A DNA stretch of 64,000 bases from a virus (IMGVR_UViG_3300043409_000956:1-64000), one strand, 5' to 3'. Counted from the stretch's first letter, positions 53,744-63,197 are shown. Made by a program: numbers and translations. Notes: generated by a model not told the origin, from the letters alone.

Positions 53744-54939
53744 TGCGTAAGTTGTTCTACATGGGACTAGAGCCCTACAAGGCCAGATATACTCTACAGT
53801 TGCAAGACTGGAACGAAGCAGTCTTTCGGCGTCGTGGCATTGACTATGTGTTGGTGCCTGGTGATACATTAAGTAATGATCAGGCCATAGTGACAGGACA
53901 AGTTCTAGATGCACATGGACGCACATACTTTGGCATGAGCCAACTTATGAATTTGGTCAAGATGATGAAGGCTGGAGAAGTCACAAATGAAGATGTTGTG
54001 TACTTTGAAGACATGTTTCAGCCCGGAATTGAATCATTACCGTACATCATCAATCAAGTTCCAGAACATCTTAGGCCTAGGATTTATGTTCGTTGTCTTG
54101 CTCAGAGCATTGATCCTGATGATTTTGTTCATGTATGGGGTATGGGTAAATGGATGGGCTTGTATGAAAAAATGGTAGACAGTTTTGTTACTGGTGTATT
54201 GGCCAGTAACGAAGAAATGGTCATGCACATGAAAATTGCAGGCTGGGAAGCCCCTGTATACAACATCTCCGGACTAGCGTTCGGTCGAGATGAAGTCCGT
54301 GCAAGAGTACCAGGTGAATTGAAACCATTTGATCAACGTAAAATGCGTGTGGGCTTTGCGGCTAGATGGGATCAAGAAAAGCAACCAGACTTCTACATGG
54401 ACTTGATTGAAGAATGGAATCGGAGACATGATGCCATGGGACTTGATCCCACGAATCGTGTGGAGTTTGCCATCTTCTCAGGTGCCGCACTAAAGAGCAA
54501 TAACGACAGTTATATGGCCCGTACAAGAGACCTACAGGCTCGCGGACTGTTGACATTGTATGAGGATTTAGATAAAAATGACTATTATGCTTTGCTTGAC
54601 GATACTAGGGTTTTATTTAATTGTGCTTTACAAGATTGGGTCTCAAACACTGTATCTGAGGCTGATACTCTGGGCTGTAATGTGCTTTACCCTGCTTATC
54701 GCAGTTTCCCCGAAACCTTTGCTAATGATCCTGACCGACTTTATGTCCCTTGGAGCATAGACGATGCTATCCGCAAGTTGATGGTGTTGCTGGCCAAGCC
54801 GCATGCCAACCTAGGTCGTATCAGCGCCTGGACTGACGGCACTATTGATCGCGTCTGCGATATTATGGAAGGCAAAGGCGAGTCTTGGCGGCGTATGAGT
54901 ACAGACTATCGCCGGCACACACATGAATCAAAATTTTAA
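53743..54939 (+). CDS. GT-B fold (GT4-like) glycosyltransferase
   Basis: FAARWDQEKQP and ALQDWVSNTVSEA..LGC.VLYP..RSFPE motifs. Confidence 0.75.
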   Translation: MRKLFYMGLEPYKARYTLQLQDWNEAVFRRRGIDYVLVPGDTLSNDQAIVTGQVLDAHGRTYFGMSQLMNLVKMMKAGEVTNEDVVYFEDMFQPGIESLPYIINQVPEHLRPRIYVRCLAQSIDPDDFVHVWGMGKWMGLYEKMVDSFVTGVLASNEEMVMHMKIAGWEAPVYNISGLAFGRDEVRARVPGELKPFDQRKMRVGFAARWDQEKQPDFYMDLIEEWNRRHDAMGLDPTNRVEFAIFSGAALKSNNDSYMARTRDLQARGLLTLYEDLDKNDYYALLDDTRVLFNCALQDWVSNTVSEADTLGCNVLYPAYRSFPETFANDPDRLYVPWSIDDAIRKLMVLLAKPHANLGRISAWTDGTIDRVCDIMEGKGESWRRMSTDYRRHTHESKF

Positions 54940-54951
54940 CAAAGGAAAAAT

Positions 54952-55401
54952 ATGTCTATTACTATTAAAAACTTAGAGGCGGCGTTTGCCGGTGAGTCAC
55001 AGGCTCACACTAAATATCGCTATTTTGCAAAACTGGCTCGTGCCGAAGGATTTGAAGATGTTGCAAAACACTTTGAACATACAGCAGATCAAGAACTGCT
55101 ACACGCATGGGGCCATTTAGAATTGATCATTGGCAAGCCAACAACTCGCGAATGTTTGGAAAAGGCTATCGAAGGTGAGACCTATGAGTTCACCACAATG
55201 TATCCAGAGATGAAACATCAAGCCATTGTTGAAGGTGACGAACATGCTGTGCTTGAAGCAGACATGCAAATTGGCGAAAGTAAAGAACACGCAGAGCAAT
55301 TTGCCGCTATTCTAGCCAAGGCAGAAAAGCGTTTTTCCGCTCTACAACGAGTAGAGCAACATCATGCAAATCTTTACAAACAAAAATTGGAGGCACTATA
55401 A
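54952..55401 (+). CDS. Rubrerythrin (ferritin-like diiron domain only)
   Basis: NLEAAFAGESQA..KY..FA..A..EG, E..HA, GETYE...MYP and E..HA motifs. Confidence 0.92.
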   Translation: MSITIKNLEAAFAGESQAHTKYRYFAKLARAEGFEDVAKHFEHTADQELLHAWGHLELIIGKPTTRECLEKAIEGETYEFTTMYPEMKHQAIVEGDEHAVLEADMQIGESKEHAEQFAAILAKAEKRFSALQRVEQHHANLYKQKLEAL

Positions 55402-55402
55402 T

Positions 55403-55531
55403 ATGGAACATGTATGTGTAATTTGTGGTCATGTACACGACGAAGAAACAGAAGGCAAATGGGAAGATCTTCCTGAGGACTTTCCTTGTCCTGAATGCGG
55501 TGGGTTCAAAGCAGACTACGAGTCTATTTAA
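55403..55531 (+). CDS. Rubredoxin (42 aa, not in the ORF track)
   Basis: MEHVCVICGHVHDEETEGKWEDLPEDFPCPECGGFKADYESI; GGAGG RBS. Confidence 0.9.
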   Translation: MEHVCVICGHVHDEETEGKWEDLPEDFPCPECGGFKADYESI

Positions 55532-55533
55532 AA

Positions 55534-56757
55534 ATGTCTAAGAAGAAATCTGAACAAGCGGAAGCAGTCAACGCCGAGTACGAGCAGTTAATGGCGACTC
55601 TCAAGTTCACTCCACGTACCTATAAAATCTCCATGTGGGGCTATGGTGGTGAAATAGTCATGGGTACCGTGGATAAAAAAGTCTGGAACTACTGCATGAA
55701 AAACTCAGTAGATCTGCAAGAAATAGCCTGGAGCGATGAAGACACTGTGCAAGATGAAATGGGATTAGATTTAGATCAGTTACCGTTTACACCAGGGTCC
55801 TGGTATGAATGTGATAGCATGGCACATGTGAATGGGGTCAGTCGCGACTCGGGACACATCCAGATTGAAGATGAAAAAGGCAACACAGTATTTGAAAAAA
55901 GCCTAGATGACTGCGACGGTTGCGAAGACAGTCCGCAGTGGTCGGGGCAAGATGAAGTCTGGGTGGGCAGTCGCAAAAAAGGCGAAGTGGTATTCATTGG
56001 TAGAAGCAACGAAAAAGGCACATTCTTCGACGGTGAGATTGAACTGCGAGCCCCGTTTGATATTGAAAAACTAGAACTCTACTACGATGAAGTGGACGGA
56101 GAAGAGATTGTGAACTCCGTGATGTATGACGGTGAAGAAATCGACAACAACGGTGGCAGCACTGACGGCAAGAGTTCAGACATGATCATGGTTCGGCTCA
56201 CTGACAACAAGGGAAACTTTGAACGCTATGCACCCGAAGAGAAAGATTGGGGTCATCCTCCACATGGTTCAAGTCCCAGCACCTGGGAAAAGTCTAAAAC
56301 ATTTAAGTTTACAAAAGTCCAACCCACACTGCCTGGGTATTACAGTTGTACCTGGAAGCACTATGGCACAACATATGGCACAGCATACTGGGATGGCACA
56401 CAGTTTGGCGAATGGGAATACGGCAAGTTCAATCCTATTACAGGAGAGATTGTGACTTGGTCGGGCTATAACTGGGACACTGGTTCATGGGTCAACCAAC
56501 CACCAGAACCTGTAGATATTGCGTGTGACAATAAAAAATGCGGTTGGGTAGGCAAGAGTGAGGATCGTCGCACTGACGATGACTACAACGATCACTGCCC
56601 CGAATGTGATGGCACAGAGTTTACTTGGATTGACTATGATCCAGACTCAGCAGTTGGACGCAAGAATCGTGCTAAGTACTGTCGAGAGTGGGATCCTGCA
56701 ATTGCCATGGATCGTATTGTTGCTACTGCAACAGAACAAAGTTTAGAAGAAAAGTAA
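55534..56757 (+). CDS. Acidic hypothetical protein with a C-terminal Zn ribbon
   Basis: CDNKKCGW...CPECDG; likely start is MSKKK at 55534. Confidence 0.65.
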   Translation: MSKKKSEQAEAVNAEYEQLMATLKFTPRTYKISMWGYGGEIVMGTVDKKVWNYCMKNSVDLQEIAWSDEDTVQDEMGLDLDQLPFTPGSWYECDSMAHVNGVSRDSGHIQIEDEKGNTVFEKSLDDCDGCEDSPQWSGQDEVWVGSRKKGEVVFIGRSNEKGTFFDGEIELRAPFDIEKLELYYDEVDGEEIVNSVMYDGEEIDNNGGSTDGKSSDMIMVRLTDNKGNFERYAPEEKDWGHPPHGSSPSTWEKSKTFKFTKVQPTLPGYYSCTWKHYGTTYGTAYWDGTQFGEWEYGKFNPITGEIVTWSGYNWDTGSWVNQPPEPVDIACDNKKCGWVGKSEDRRTDDDYNDHCPECDGTEFTWIDYDPDSAVGRKNRAKYCREWDPAIAMDRIVATATEQSLEEK

Positions 56758-56781
56758 TCATTTAACATAAAGGAAAATAAA

Positions 56782-56964
56782 ATGACTGATTTAAAAGCAC
56801 CGTTTGAAGCATACTTGGCTGAGAACGAAAAATTCGAAGGTGGTAACAATGCCGCAGGTACCCGTGCTCGCAAAGCATTGGCCGAACTAGGTAAAGCAGT
56901 CAAGGCACGCCGTAACGAAATTACCGAAACTAAAAATGCGAGAGTTGCCGCTAAAGCAAAATAA
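56782..56964 (+). CDS. Histone H1-like (Hc1-family) small basic protein
   Basis: KFEGGNNAAGTRARKALAEL.K..K..R.EI motif. Confidence 0.75.
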   Translation: MTDLKAPFEAYLAENEKFEGGNNAAGTRARKALAELGKAVKARRNEITETKNARVAAKAK

Positions 56965-57935
56965 TGAACAGAACTGTTGTTGTAACAGGTGGATGTGGCT
57001 ACATAGGTAGCCATGTTGCTCGTGCATTTAAACAAAACAATGATACTGTACACATCATTGATCAAGTCAACCGCGAGCATACTCTCAAAGACATTGATGG
57101 ATATCTGATTGCCGACTTTGCCAGTGACGAAGCCCTGGCTATGATAGTTAACCTAGCACCCGATGTTGTTGTACATTGTGCTGGCACCAGCTTGGTTGGG
57201 CCCAGCATAACTGACCCCGCCGAATACTACACAAACAACATAGTCAAGACCATTGCCTTGTTGAATGTTGTTAGACACATGTCCAAACGGCCTGTGATAC
57301 TGTTTAGCAGTAGTGCCAGTGTGTACGGCGTACCTGATACTTGGCCCACCGATGAAGGCAGTGACATACAACCCATCAGTCCCTACGGTGCTACCAAGGC
57401 CATGACTGAACGCATACTAGATGACTATTTCAAAGCATACGACATTCATAGTATGTGTTTTAGATATTTTAATGCGGCAGGTGCCGAGCCTTTTAATTCG
57501 GATCTTGGGCAAGAACCTGGTGCAACACATATTGTTGCTCGTGCATTAGAAGCCAGCATTGCTAATCGTGCATTTACAATCAACGGTGACGACTACGATA
57601 CCGACGATGGTACTTGTGTTCGAGACTATGTGCATGTATGGGATTTAGCTCAGGCACATATACTAGGTGTCAACTACCTGCTAGATGACTATCCGCAACC
57701 AGGTGCTTATGTTTTAAATCTTGGCACTCGAGAGGGAATAAGTAATAAACAAATCGTTGATTATGTGTTTAACAAATACGGATTACCATTTGTTAACTAC
57801 GGACCAAAGCGGCCGGGCGACCCAGATATACTCGTAGCCGATGCTACACAAGCAAAGAACCTATTGGGATGGGTGCCCAAGTACAGCAACATTGAAACTA
57901 TTATCAACTCAGCACACAAATGGTATACTAAATGA
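56964..57935 (+). CDS. galE: UDP-glucose 4-epimerase
   Basis: TGGCGYIGSH, FSSSASVYG, PYGATK, RYFNAAGA, DGTCVRDYVHV and RPGDP motifs. Confidence 0.92.
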   Translation: MNRTVVVTGGCGYIGSHVARAFKQNNDTVHIIDQVNREHTLKDIDGYLIADFASDEALAMIVNLAPDVVVHCAGTSLVGPSITDPAEYYTNNIVKTIALLNVVRHMSKRPVILFSSSASVYGVPDTWPTDEGSDIQPISPYGATKAMTERILDDYFKAYDIHSMCFRYFNAAGAEPFNSDLGQEPGATHIVARALEASIANRAFTINGDDYDTDDGTCVRDYVHVWDLAQAHILGVNYLLDDYPQPGAYVLNLGTREGISNKQIVDYVFNKYGLPFVNYGPKRPGDPDILVADATQAKNLLGWVPKYSNIETIINSAHKWYTK

Positions 57936-58291
57936 CAAGACTATACGGACAAGTAGAAAAAGGGTGGGGTTCAGAAGAAATCTGGGCCAGCAACGACCGA
58001 TACTGCGGTAAGTTAATGAACTTTAATACCGGTGCAAAATTCAGTATGCATTTCCATGCAGAAAAAGATGAGAGCTGGTATGTGCTCAGTGGAAAGTTCA
58101 GTGTACACTACATCGACACCGTAGATGCCAGTCTACGTACAGCAGAACTGAATCCTGGAGACACATGGCATAACCTACCATTGTTGCCACATCAATTAGA
58201 GTGTGTTGAAGCTGGTACTGTAATCGAAGTTAGTACACCAGACAGCGTAGAAGACAACTATCGTGTGGGTAAAGGTGATAGTCAACGATGA
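57932..58291 (+). CDS. Cupin sugar isomerase-like protein
   Basis: KGWGSE, SMHFH..KDE and EVSTPD motifs. Confidence 0.75.
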   Translation: MTRLYGQVEKGWGSEEIWASNDRYCGKLMNFNTGAKFSMHFHAEKDESWYVLSGKFSVHYIDTVDASLRTAELNPGDTWHNLPLLPHQLECVEAGTVIEVSTPDSVEDNYRVGKGDSQR

Positions 58292-58698
58292 CTCGAGTAT
58301 TTGTTAACGGCACCTTTGATATTATGCATCGAGGTCATCTCGAAATGCTCGAATATGCTCGTAGCCTTGGTGATGAAGTATTGGTTGCCATAGATTCTGA
58401 CAGACGTGTTCGAGAACTAAAAGGCGGTGGCCGACCTATCAATAACCAAATAGATAGACAATTTATGCTAGAAAGTTTAAAATACGTTGACAGAGTTTGC
58501 ATTTTTGATTCTGACGCGGAATTAATCAACACAATCAAACAGTATGATGTTGACGTTATGGTCAAGGGCAGTGACTATAAAGGTTATCCTATAATTGGAC
58601 AAGAGTACTGTAAACACATTGAATTTTTTAAATTAATAAATGAATACTCAACAACCAAAGCAATTCAACATATTGCTGATCGGCGACGACTGCATTGA
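58288..58698 (+). CDS. D-glycero-D-manno-heptose 1-phosphate adenylyltransferase (RfaE domain II/HldC-like)
   Basis: NGTFDIMHRGH, SD..V..LKG..RPIN, KGSDY and STT motifs. Confidence 0.85.
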   Translation: MTRVFVNGTFDIMHRGHLEMLEYARSLGDEVLVAIDSDRRVRELKGGGRPINNQIDRQFMLESLKYVDRVCIFDSDAELINTIKQYDVDVMVKGSDYKGYPIIGQEYCKHIEFFKLINEYSTTKAIQHIADRRRLH

Positions 58699-59386
58699 TG
58701 TATACCAATTTGGCACTGTAGATCGCATCAGTCCCGAAGCTCCTGTACCTGTATTTGAATGCACCCATAAGGATACCAAACCCGGCATGGCCGGCAATGT
58801 GGCCAAGAACTTGGAAGCACTGGGTTGTCGGGTCACATACCTACACAACGAAACATCAACCAAGACCAGACTAATTGATGTTCGTAGTAAGCAACAAATT
58901 GTACGCATAGACAGCGACAGTCGATGCACACCGTTAACATTTGATACTGTTATCCCACCAGGGTATGATGCTATTGTTGTCAGTGATTATAACAAGGGTA
59001 CAGTAACATATGAATTACTTACGGAGTTACGTGAAGGTTTTGCAGGTCCCATCTTTGTTGACACAAAGAAAACAGATCTGGCACAACTGGAAGGTTGTAT
59101 TGTAAAGATTAATCAACTTGAGTCGAGTCGTATTACCAGTCGGTGTACAGACTTGATTGTAACACAAGGTGACAAGGGTGCGGTCTGGAGTGACATACAT
59201 TTTACTGCCAGACGTGTAGAAGTTGCTGATGTGTGTGGTGCTGGGGATACATTCCTAGCCGCACTAACTTACAAATATCTAACAGAAGACAACATGCCGC
59301 CTGCTATAAACTTTGCTATCCGTGCCAGTGCTGTTACTGTACAGCACATCGGTAACTATGCACCCACTGTAGAGGAAATTGCATGA
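58640..59386 (+). CDS. Heptose 7-phosphate kinase (RfaE domain I/HldA-like, PfkB family)
   Basis: RISPEAPVPV, GMAGNVA.N, SDYNKG and DVCGAGDT motifs. Confidence 0.88.
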   Translation: MNTQQPKQFNILLIGDDCIDVYQFGTVDRISPEAPVPVFECTHKDTKPGMAGNVAKNLEALGCRVTYLHNETSTKTRLIDVRSKQQIVRIDSDSRCTPLTFDTVIPPGYDAIVVSDYNKGTVTYELLTELREGFAGPIFVDTKKTDLAQLEGCIVKINQLESSRITSRCTDLIVTQGDKGAVWSDIHFTARRVEVADVCGAGDTFLAALTYKYLTEDNMPPAINFAIRASAVTVQHIGNYAPTVEEIA

Positions 59387-60228
59387 AAGTAATGGTCACA
59401 GGTAGTCGAGGTTTTATTGGACAAAACTTAATCGCCTACTTAAAACTACACACTGACTGGCATGTGGATGGTTGGAATATCACAGACAACCCAGATCTAT
59501 TGTTCAACGACTATGACTGGATCATTCACTTGGGCGCAAACTCAAGTACTGTGGAGCGTGATGTTGACAGCATAATGCGTACCAATTATGATTTTAGTCG
59601 TTGGCTATATCAACGCTGTTGCGAAGAGGGTATCAACTTACAATACGCCAGTAGTGCCAGTGTTTACGGCGTTGTATCAGATTTCAAAGAAACTAGCCCA
59701 CCAGATCCACGTAATCCCTATGCTTGGAGCAAGTACTTGTTTGATCGACATGTGGAACAAAATCCCACAGACCGAATCGTTGTGCAGGGATTTAGATACT
59801 TTAATGTATACGGTCACTATGAAGAACACAAAGGTGGACAAGCAAGCCCTGTTACGCAATTCAGACGGCAGGCCGAGTCTACAGGTGTTATCAAACTATT
59901 CCACGACAGCGACAAGTATCTGCGTGATTTTATCTGTGTGGAAGATGTTGCTTGGACACACTTACAGTTCGCACAACGAGTGCCCAAGTCCGGTGTTTGG
60001 AATGTGGGCACTGGAAATGCTGTTAGTTTTAAATACGTTGCTGATCAAATCGTAATGGTAACTCATGCCGACATTGAATACATAGACATGCCCGAAGTAT
60101 TAAAGGGCAACTATCAAGCATATACCCGCGCCGATATTGCCAAGTTGTACGAAGCAATAGGTCCACAAAATTGGATGACCGTTAGAGAATGGATCAAGGT
60201 AAACCCCGATGTTCGACGATTTATATAA
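59383..60228 (+). CDS. hldD: ADP-L-glycero-D-manno-heptose 6-epimerase
   Basis: TGSRGFIG, HLGANSST, YASSASVYG, YAWSK, RYFNVYG..E.HKG and YQAYTRAD motifs. Confidence 0.88.
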   Translation: MKVMVTGSRGFIGQNLIAYLKLHTDWHVDGWNITDNPDLLFNDYDWIIHLGANSSTVERDVDSIMRTNYDFSRWLYQRCCEEGINLQYASSASVYGVVSDFKETSPPDPRNPYAWSKYLFDRHVEQNPTDRIVVQGFRYFNVYGHYEEHKGGQASPVTQFRRQAESTGVIKLFHDSDKYLRDFICVEDVAWTHLQFAQRVPKSGVWNVGTGNAVSFKYVADQIVMVTHADIEYIDMPEVLKGNYQAYTRADIAKLYEAIGPQNWMTVREWIKVNPDVRRFI

Positions 60229-60793
60229 ATTTGAATCTGCATTAGCAAAGTATACCGGAGCTCCGTATGTGGTGGTTACAGATGGATGCACCCATGCCAT
60301 AGAGTTATGCTTTAGGTTCAACCGTATTACCGCCTGTGAGTTCTCTGCATTTACCTATATCAGTATCCCACAATTAATGCGACAACTGGGTGTACACTAT
60401 ACCTTAAGGTCGGACTATTGGAACACCATTGGTGAATACAATTTTATAGGTACTAATATTTGGGATAGTGCCAGGCTATTACGTAGAGGCATGTACAAGC
60501 CAGGCCAGATCCAATGTCTCAGCTTTGGTCACGGCAAGCCACTAAGTGTTGGCAAGGCTGGTGCTATCTTAACAGACTCTTACGCACAGTATAGAGAACT
60601 GAGCCTAATGCGTAGTGATGGAAGAGATCTTTTAGTTACACCCTGGGAACGTCAACAGACATTCGGTGAGGGCTATCACTACTGTCCAACACTAGAAACT
60701 TGTAGAATGGGTTTAGATTTATTGGATATGGTTAGTCAAGAACCTAAATATCATCAATATCCGGACTTGAGAACCATTGACTTTACAAGTTAA
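60209..60793 (+). CDS. Shortened DegT/DnrJ-type PLP sugar aminotransferase
   Basis: FESALAKYTG, CTHAI, WDSA and SFGHGKPL..G.AGAILTD motifs; only 194 aa. Confidence 0.72.
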   Translation: MFDDLYKFESALAKYTGAPYVVVTDGCTHAIELCFRFNRITACEFSAFTYISIPQLMRQLGVHYTLRSDYWNTIGEYNFIGTNIWDSARLLRRGMYKPGQIQCLSFGHGKPLSVGKAGAILTDSYAQYRELSLMRSDGRDLLVTPWERQQTFGEGYHYCPTLETCRMGLDLLDMVSQEPKYHQYPDLRTIDFTS

Positions 60794-60805
60794 AGATATT
60801 ACAAT
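60777..60805 (+). promoter_or_regulatory. Sigma70-type promoter for folE
   Basis: TTGACT-17 nt-TACAAT. Confidence 0.65.
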
Positions 60806-60846
60806 ACAACAAAGACATCCTCGTCTTAATAACTCGGAGAACTAAA

Positions 60847-61581
60847 TTGAACGAAAATTGGATTGACACCATAGACGACAAGGGCTATGAAGAAGGTTAC
60901 TTAGGCAACGCTATTCGCTTTCGAATGAAGCGTGACGGCAAAAGGTTTTGGGCCGGCGACAACATCAGTGACTATGTCAGCGAAGCAGATAAAGAACAAC
61001 TAATCGACGATGCCGCAGAAGCATTTGAAGGTGTACTTGATGCACTACTAATTGATCGAGAAACTGATCCCAACAGTCAAGGTACAGCACGACGACTGGC
61101 CAAAATGTACTTTAATGAAGTAATGGCTGGACGTTATGAACCAAGTCCCAATGCCACAGCCTTTCCTAACGATACCGACGGCAAATACGAAGGCATGTTG
61201 GTAGTACGCAGTGAGCTCAAATCAATGTGTAGTCATCATCACCAGCCGGTGTCGGGTGTGGCATACATTGGTATTATTGCAGGACCAAAACTAATCGGAC
61301 TTAGCAAGTATACTCGTATTGCACAATGGTGTGCCCGTAGAGGTACCTTACAAGAAGAATTGTGTATGGATATTGCCCGCGAAATTGAATATGCAACAGG
61401 ATCGCCAGACGTGGGTGTTTACATACAGGCCACCCACGGTTGTTGTGAGAATCGTGGTATTATGGCTCACAGTAGTTTGACACAAACTACGGTATTGCAT
61501 GGCGCCTTCCAAGCTGACCAAAGCACAAAGAAGGAATTCTTTGACAACATCAAACTACAACAAGACTTTGCACCCCGCTAA
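60847..61581 (+). CDS. folE: GTP cyclohydrolase I
   Basis: TARRLAKMY, SMCSHH, IGLSKY.R, LQE, HGC..RG motifs; TTG start. Confidence 0.95.
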   Translation: MNENWIDTIDDKGYEEGYLGNAIRFRMKRDGKRFWAGDNISDYVSEADKEQLIDDAAEAFEGVLDALLIDRETDPNSQGTARRLAKMYFNEVMAGRYEPSPNATAFPNDTDGKYEGMLVVRSELKSMCSHHHQPVSGVAYIGIIAGPKLIGLSKYTRIAQWCARRGTLQEELCMDIAREIEYATGSPDVGVYIQATHGCCENRGIMAHSSLTQTTVLHGAFQADQSTKKEFFDNIKLQQDFAPR

Positions 61582-61617
61582 TTTGGCACAAACGGCGATC
61601 TTTGTTACAATGCTTGC

Positions 61618-62412
61618 ATGAACCTAATAAATTTACTTAAAACCGGCTTTGTAATACTTTTGTACACCCTGTGTAACATGGGGAATTGTAACAGTTTACA
61701 ATTTATAGATGCGCCTAAACGTTTTTTTGGCAGTAAAGATCCCACTACCATTTACACTTTTAGTAACTCAAATGCTCGGGCTACAATAATATTCTTTCCT
61801 GGTGGTGACGGTAGTTTTAAAATAAACGAAAACATAAAGAATCACAAAGGCCTGCCGCGGATGCTACAAATGATTGCTGATGCAGGTTATAATGTAGTGT
61901 TTGTAGATAGTCCGTATCCGTTATTGGACTCTGGATCGGGCGGGTATCCCGCAATGCGAGATTCCGGCGATCATCTAGATAGAATGGATTCTGTATTAAA
62001 GCATCATCAAGGGCAAAATTTACCAATCTGGCTAATGGGTCATAGCAACGGGTCGTTTACTGTAAGTTCCTTTTTTTATCGCTTGCAAAAAGAACATAGA
62101 ACAAAAGAAATCAGCGGAATAATTCTGTCAGGCACACGCAATGTTGCAAAGTTTCAAGATTCAATGGATACTAATGTTATATTTGTGCATCATGAAAAAG
62201 ATGGATGTTTTAACACATTATATCGAGATGCTGTAAACAATTACAACAAAGTAAAATCGTTTAACCAAGGACCAACTACGTTTATAACTATCACCGGTGG
62301 CACTAGCGGTAGTATCCCCGGTGGTCCCAGCGGCCCCTGCTATTCGGGATACCATATGTATTATGATGCTCATACCGAAACTGTGCAAAATATTTTATCT
62401 AAATTACCGTAA
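61618..62412 (+). CDS. Alpha/beta hydrolase
   Basis: FPGGDG, nucleophile elbow GHSNG, HHEKDGC and a C-terminal His. Confidence 0.78.
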   Translation: MNLINLLKTGFVILLYTLCNMGNCNSLQFIDAPKRFFGSKDPTTIYTFSNSNARATIIFFPGGDGSFKINENIKNHKGLPRMLQMIADAGYNVVFVDSPYPLLDSGSGGYPAMRDSGDHLDRMDSVLKHHQGQNLPIWLMGHSNGSFTVSSFFYRLQKEHRTKEISGIILSGTRNVAKFQDSMDTNVIFVHHEKDGCFNTLYRDAVNNYNKVKSFNQGPTTFITITGGTSGSIPGGPSGPCYSGYHMYYDAHTETVQNILSKLP

Positions 62413-62421
62413 GGAGATGTA

Positions 62422-62880
62422 ATGAAGTGGTTACTTGACTTTTTAGAAAAGCATGGTCGCAAACGCATAGTCATGGATCGTGTCAATAACGAGCCATACT
62501 TAGAACGCTACTATCTTTTCTTAAAGGATCGTAAGCGTTTTCCCTTTAATGTGTTTTTACACAAATTCTTAAAATCAGATCCAGATGATGTGCATGACCA
62601 TCCTTGGCCCTATGCCACAGTTATTCTCAAAGGTGGGTATTGGGAATGGACCCCACAGTTTGACAGCTCGGGTAAAAAGATTAATGAAATTGCCAATTGG
62701 CGTGGTGCTGGACACTTTCGCGTTTGCAGTGCCAACAGTTATCACCGCATCGAACTTGATCCTACTGTAGAGTGTTGGACCTTGTTCATGCCTGGACCAC
62801 AGACTCAAGATTGGGGATTTCTAACTCGCACGGGTTGGGTACAACATGAACAATATTTAGATGCTAGGGCTGGCAAATGA
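62422..62880 (+). CDS. Cupin-fold phage protein
   Basis: HDHPW...GGYWE...HRIEL...WTLF motif. Confidence 0.7.
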   Translation: MKWLLDFLEKHGRKRIVMDRVNNEPYLERYYLFLKDRKRFPFNVFLHKFLKSDPDDVHDHPWPYATVILKGGYWEWTPQFDSSGKKINEIANWRGAGHFRVCSANSYHRIELDPTVECWTLFMPGPQTQDWGFLTRTGWVQHEQYLDARAGK

Positions 62881-63197
62881 TGCAACTGCCGCCAGGTGTT
62901 ACAGTCAACTACTTTATTGCCATTGAGATTGATCGATTAACTGAAGAAATGGTCGACTGGTTTGAGATGATAGGCGGCCAAGTTGGCAAAGAAATCAAAT
63001 GGACCAGGCGCGGTAGTACTATCAATTTGCCCGTTGTGCAATATGGCCAAGGCAAGCCCAGTTACTACAGACAAGATGGATCAGGCAGTGTGCGTCTAAA
63101 TTTCCACGGTGATGATGCCAGTGCGGCCAGTATGTTTATATTGAAATTCATGGAACATGTTCAACAACACAATTTGAAAGAGGTACACTTTGCATAA
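62877..63197 (+). CDS. Hypothetical protein
   Basis: 106-aa ORF. Confidence 0.65.
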   Translation: MMQLPPGVTVNYFIAIEIDRLTEEMVDWFEMIGGQVGKEIKWTRRGSTINLPVVQYGQGKPSYYRQDGSGSVRLNFHGDDASAASMFILKFMEHVQQHNLKEVHFA

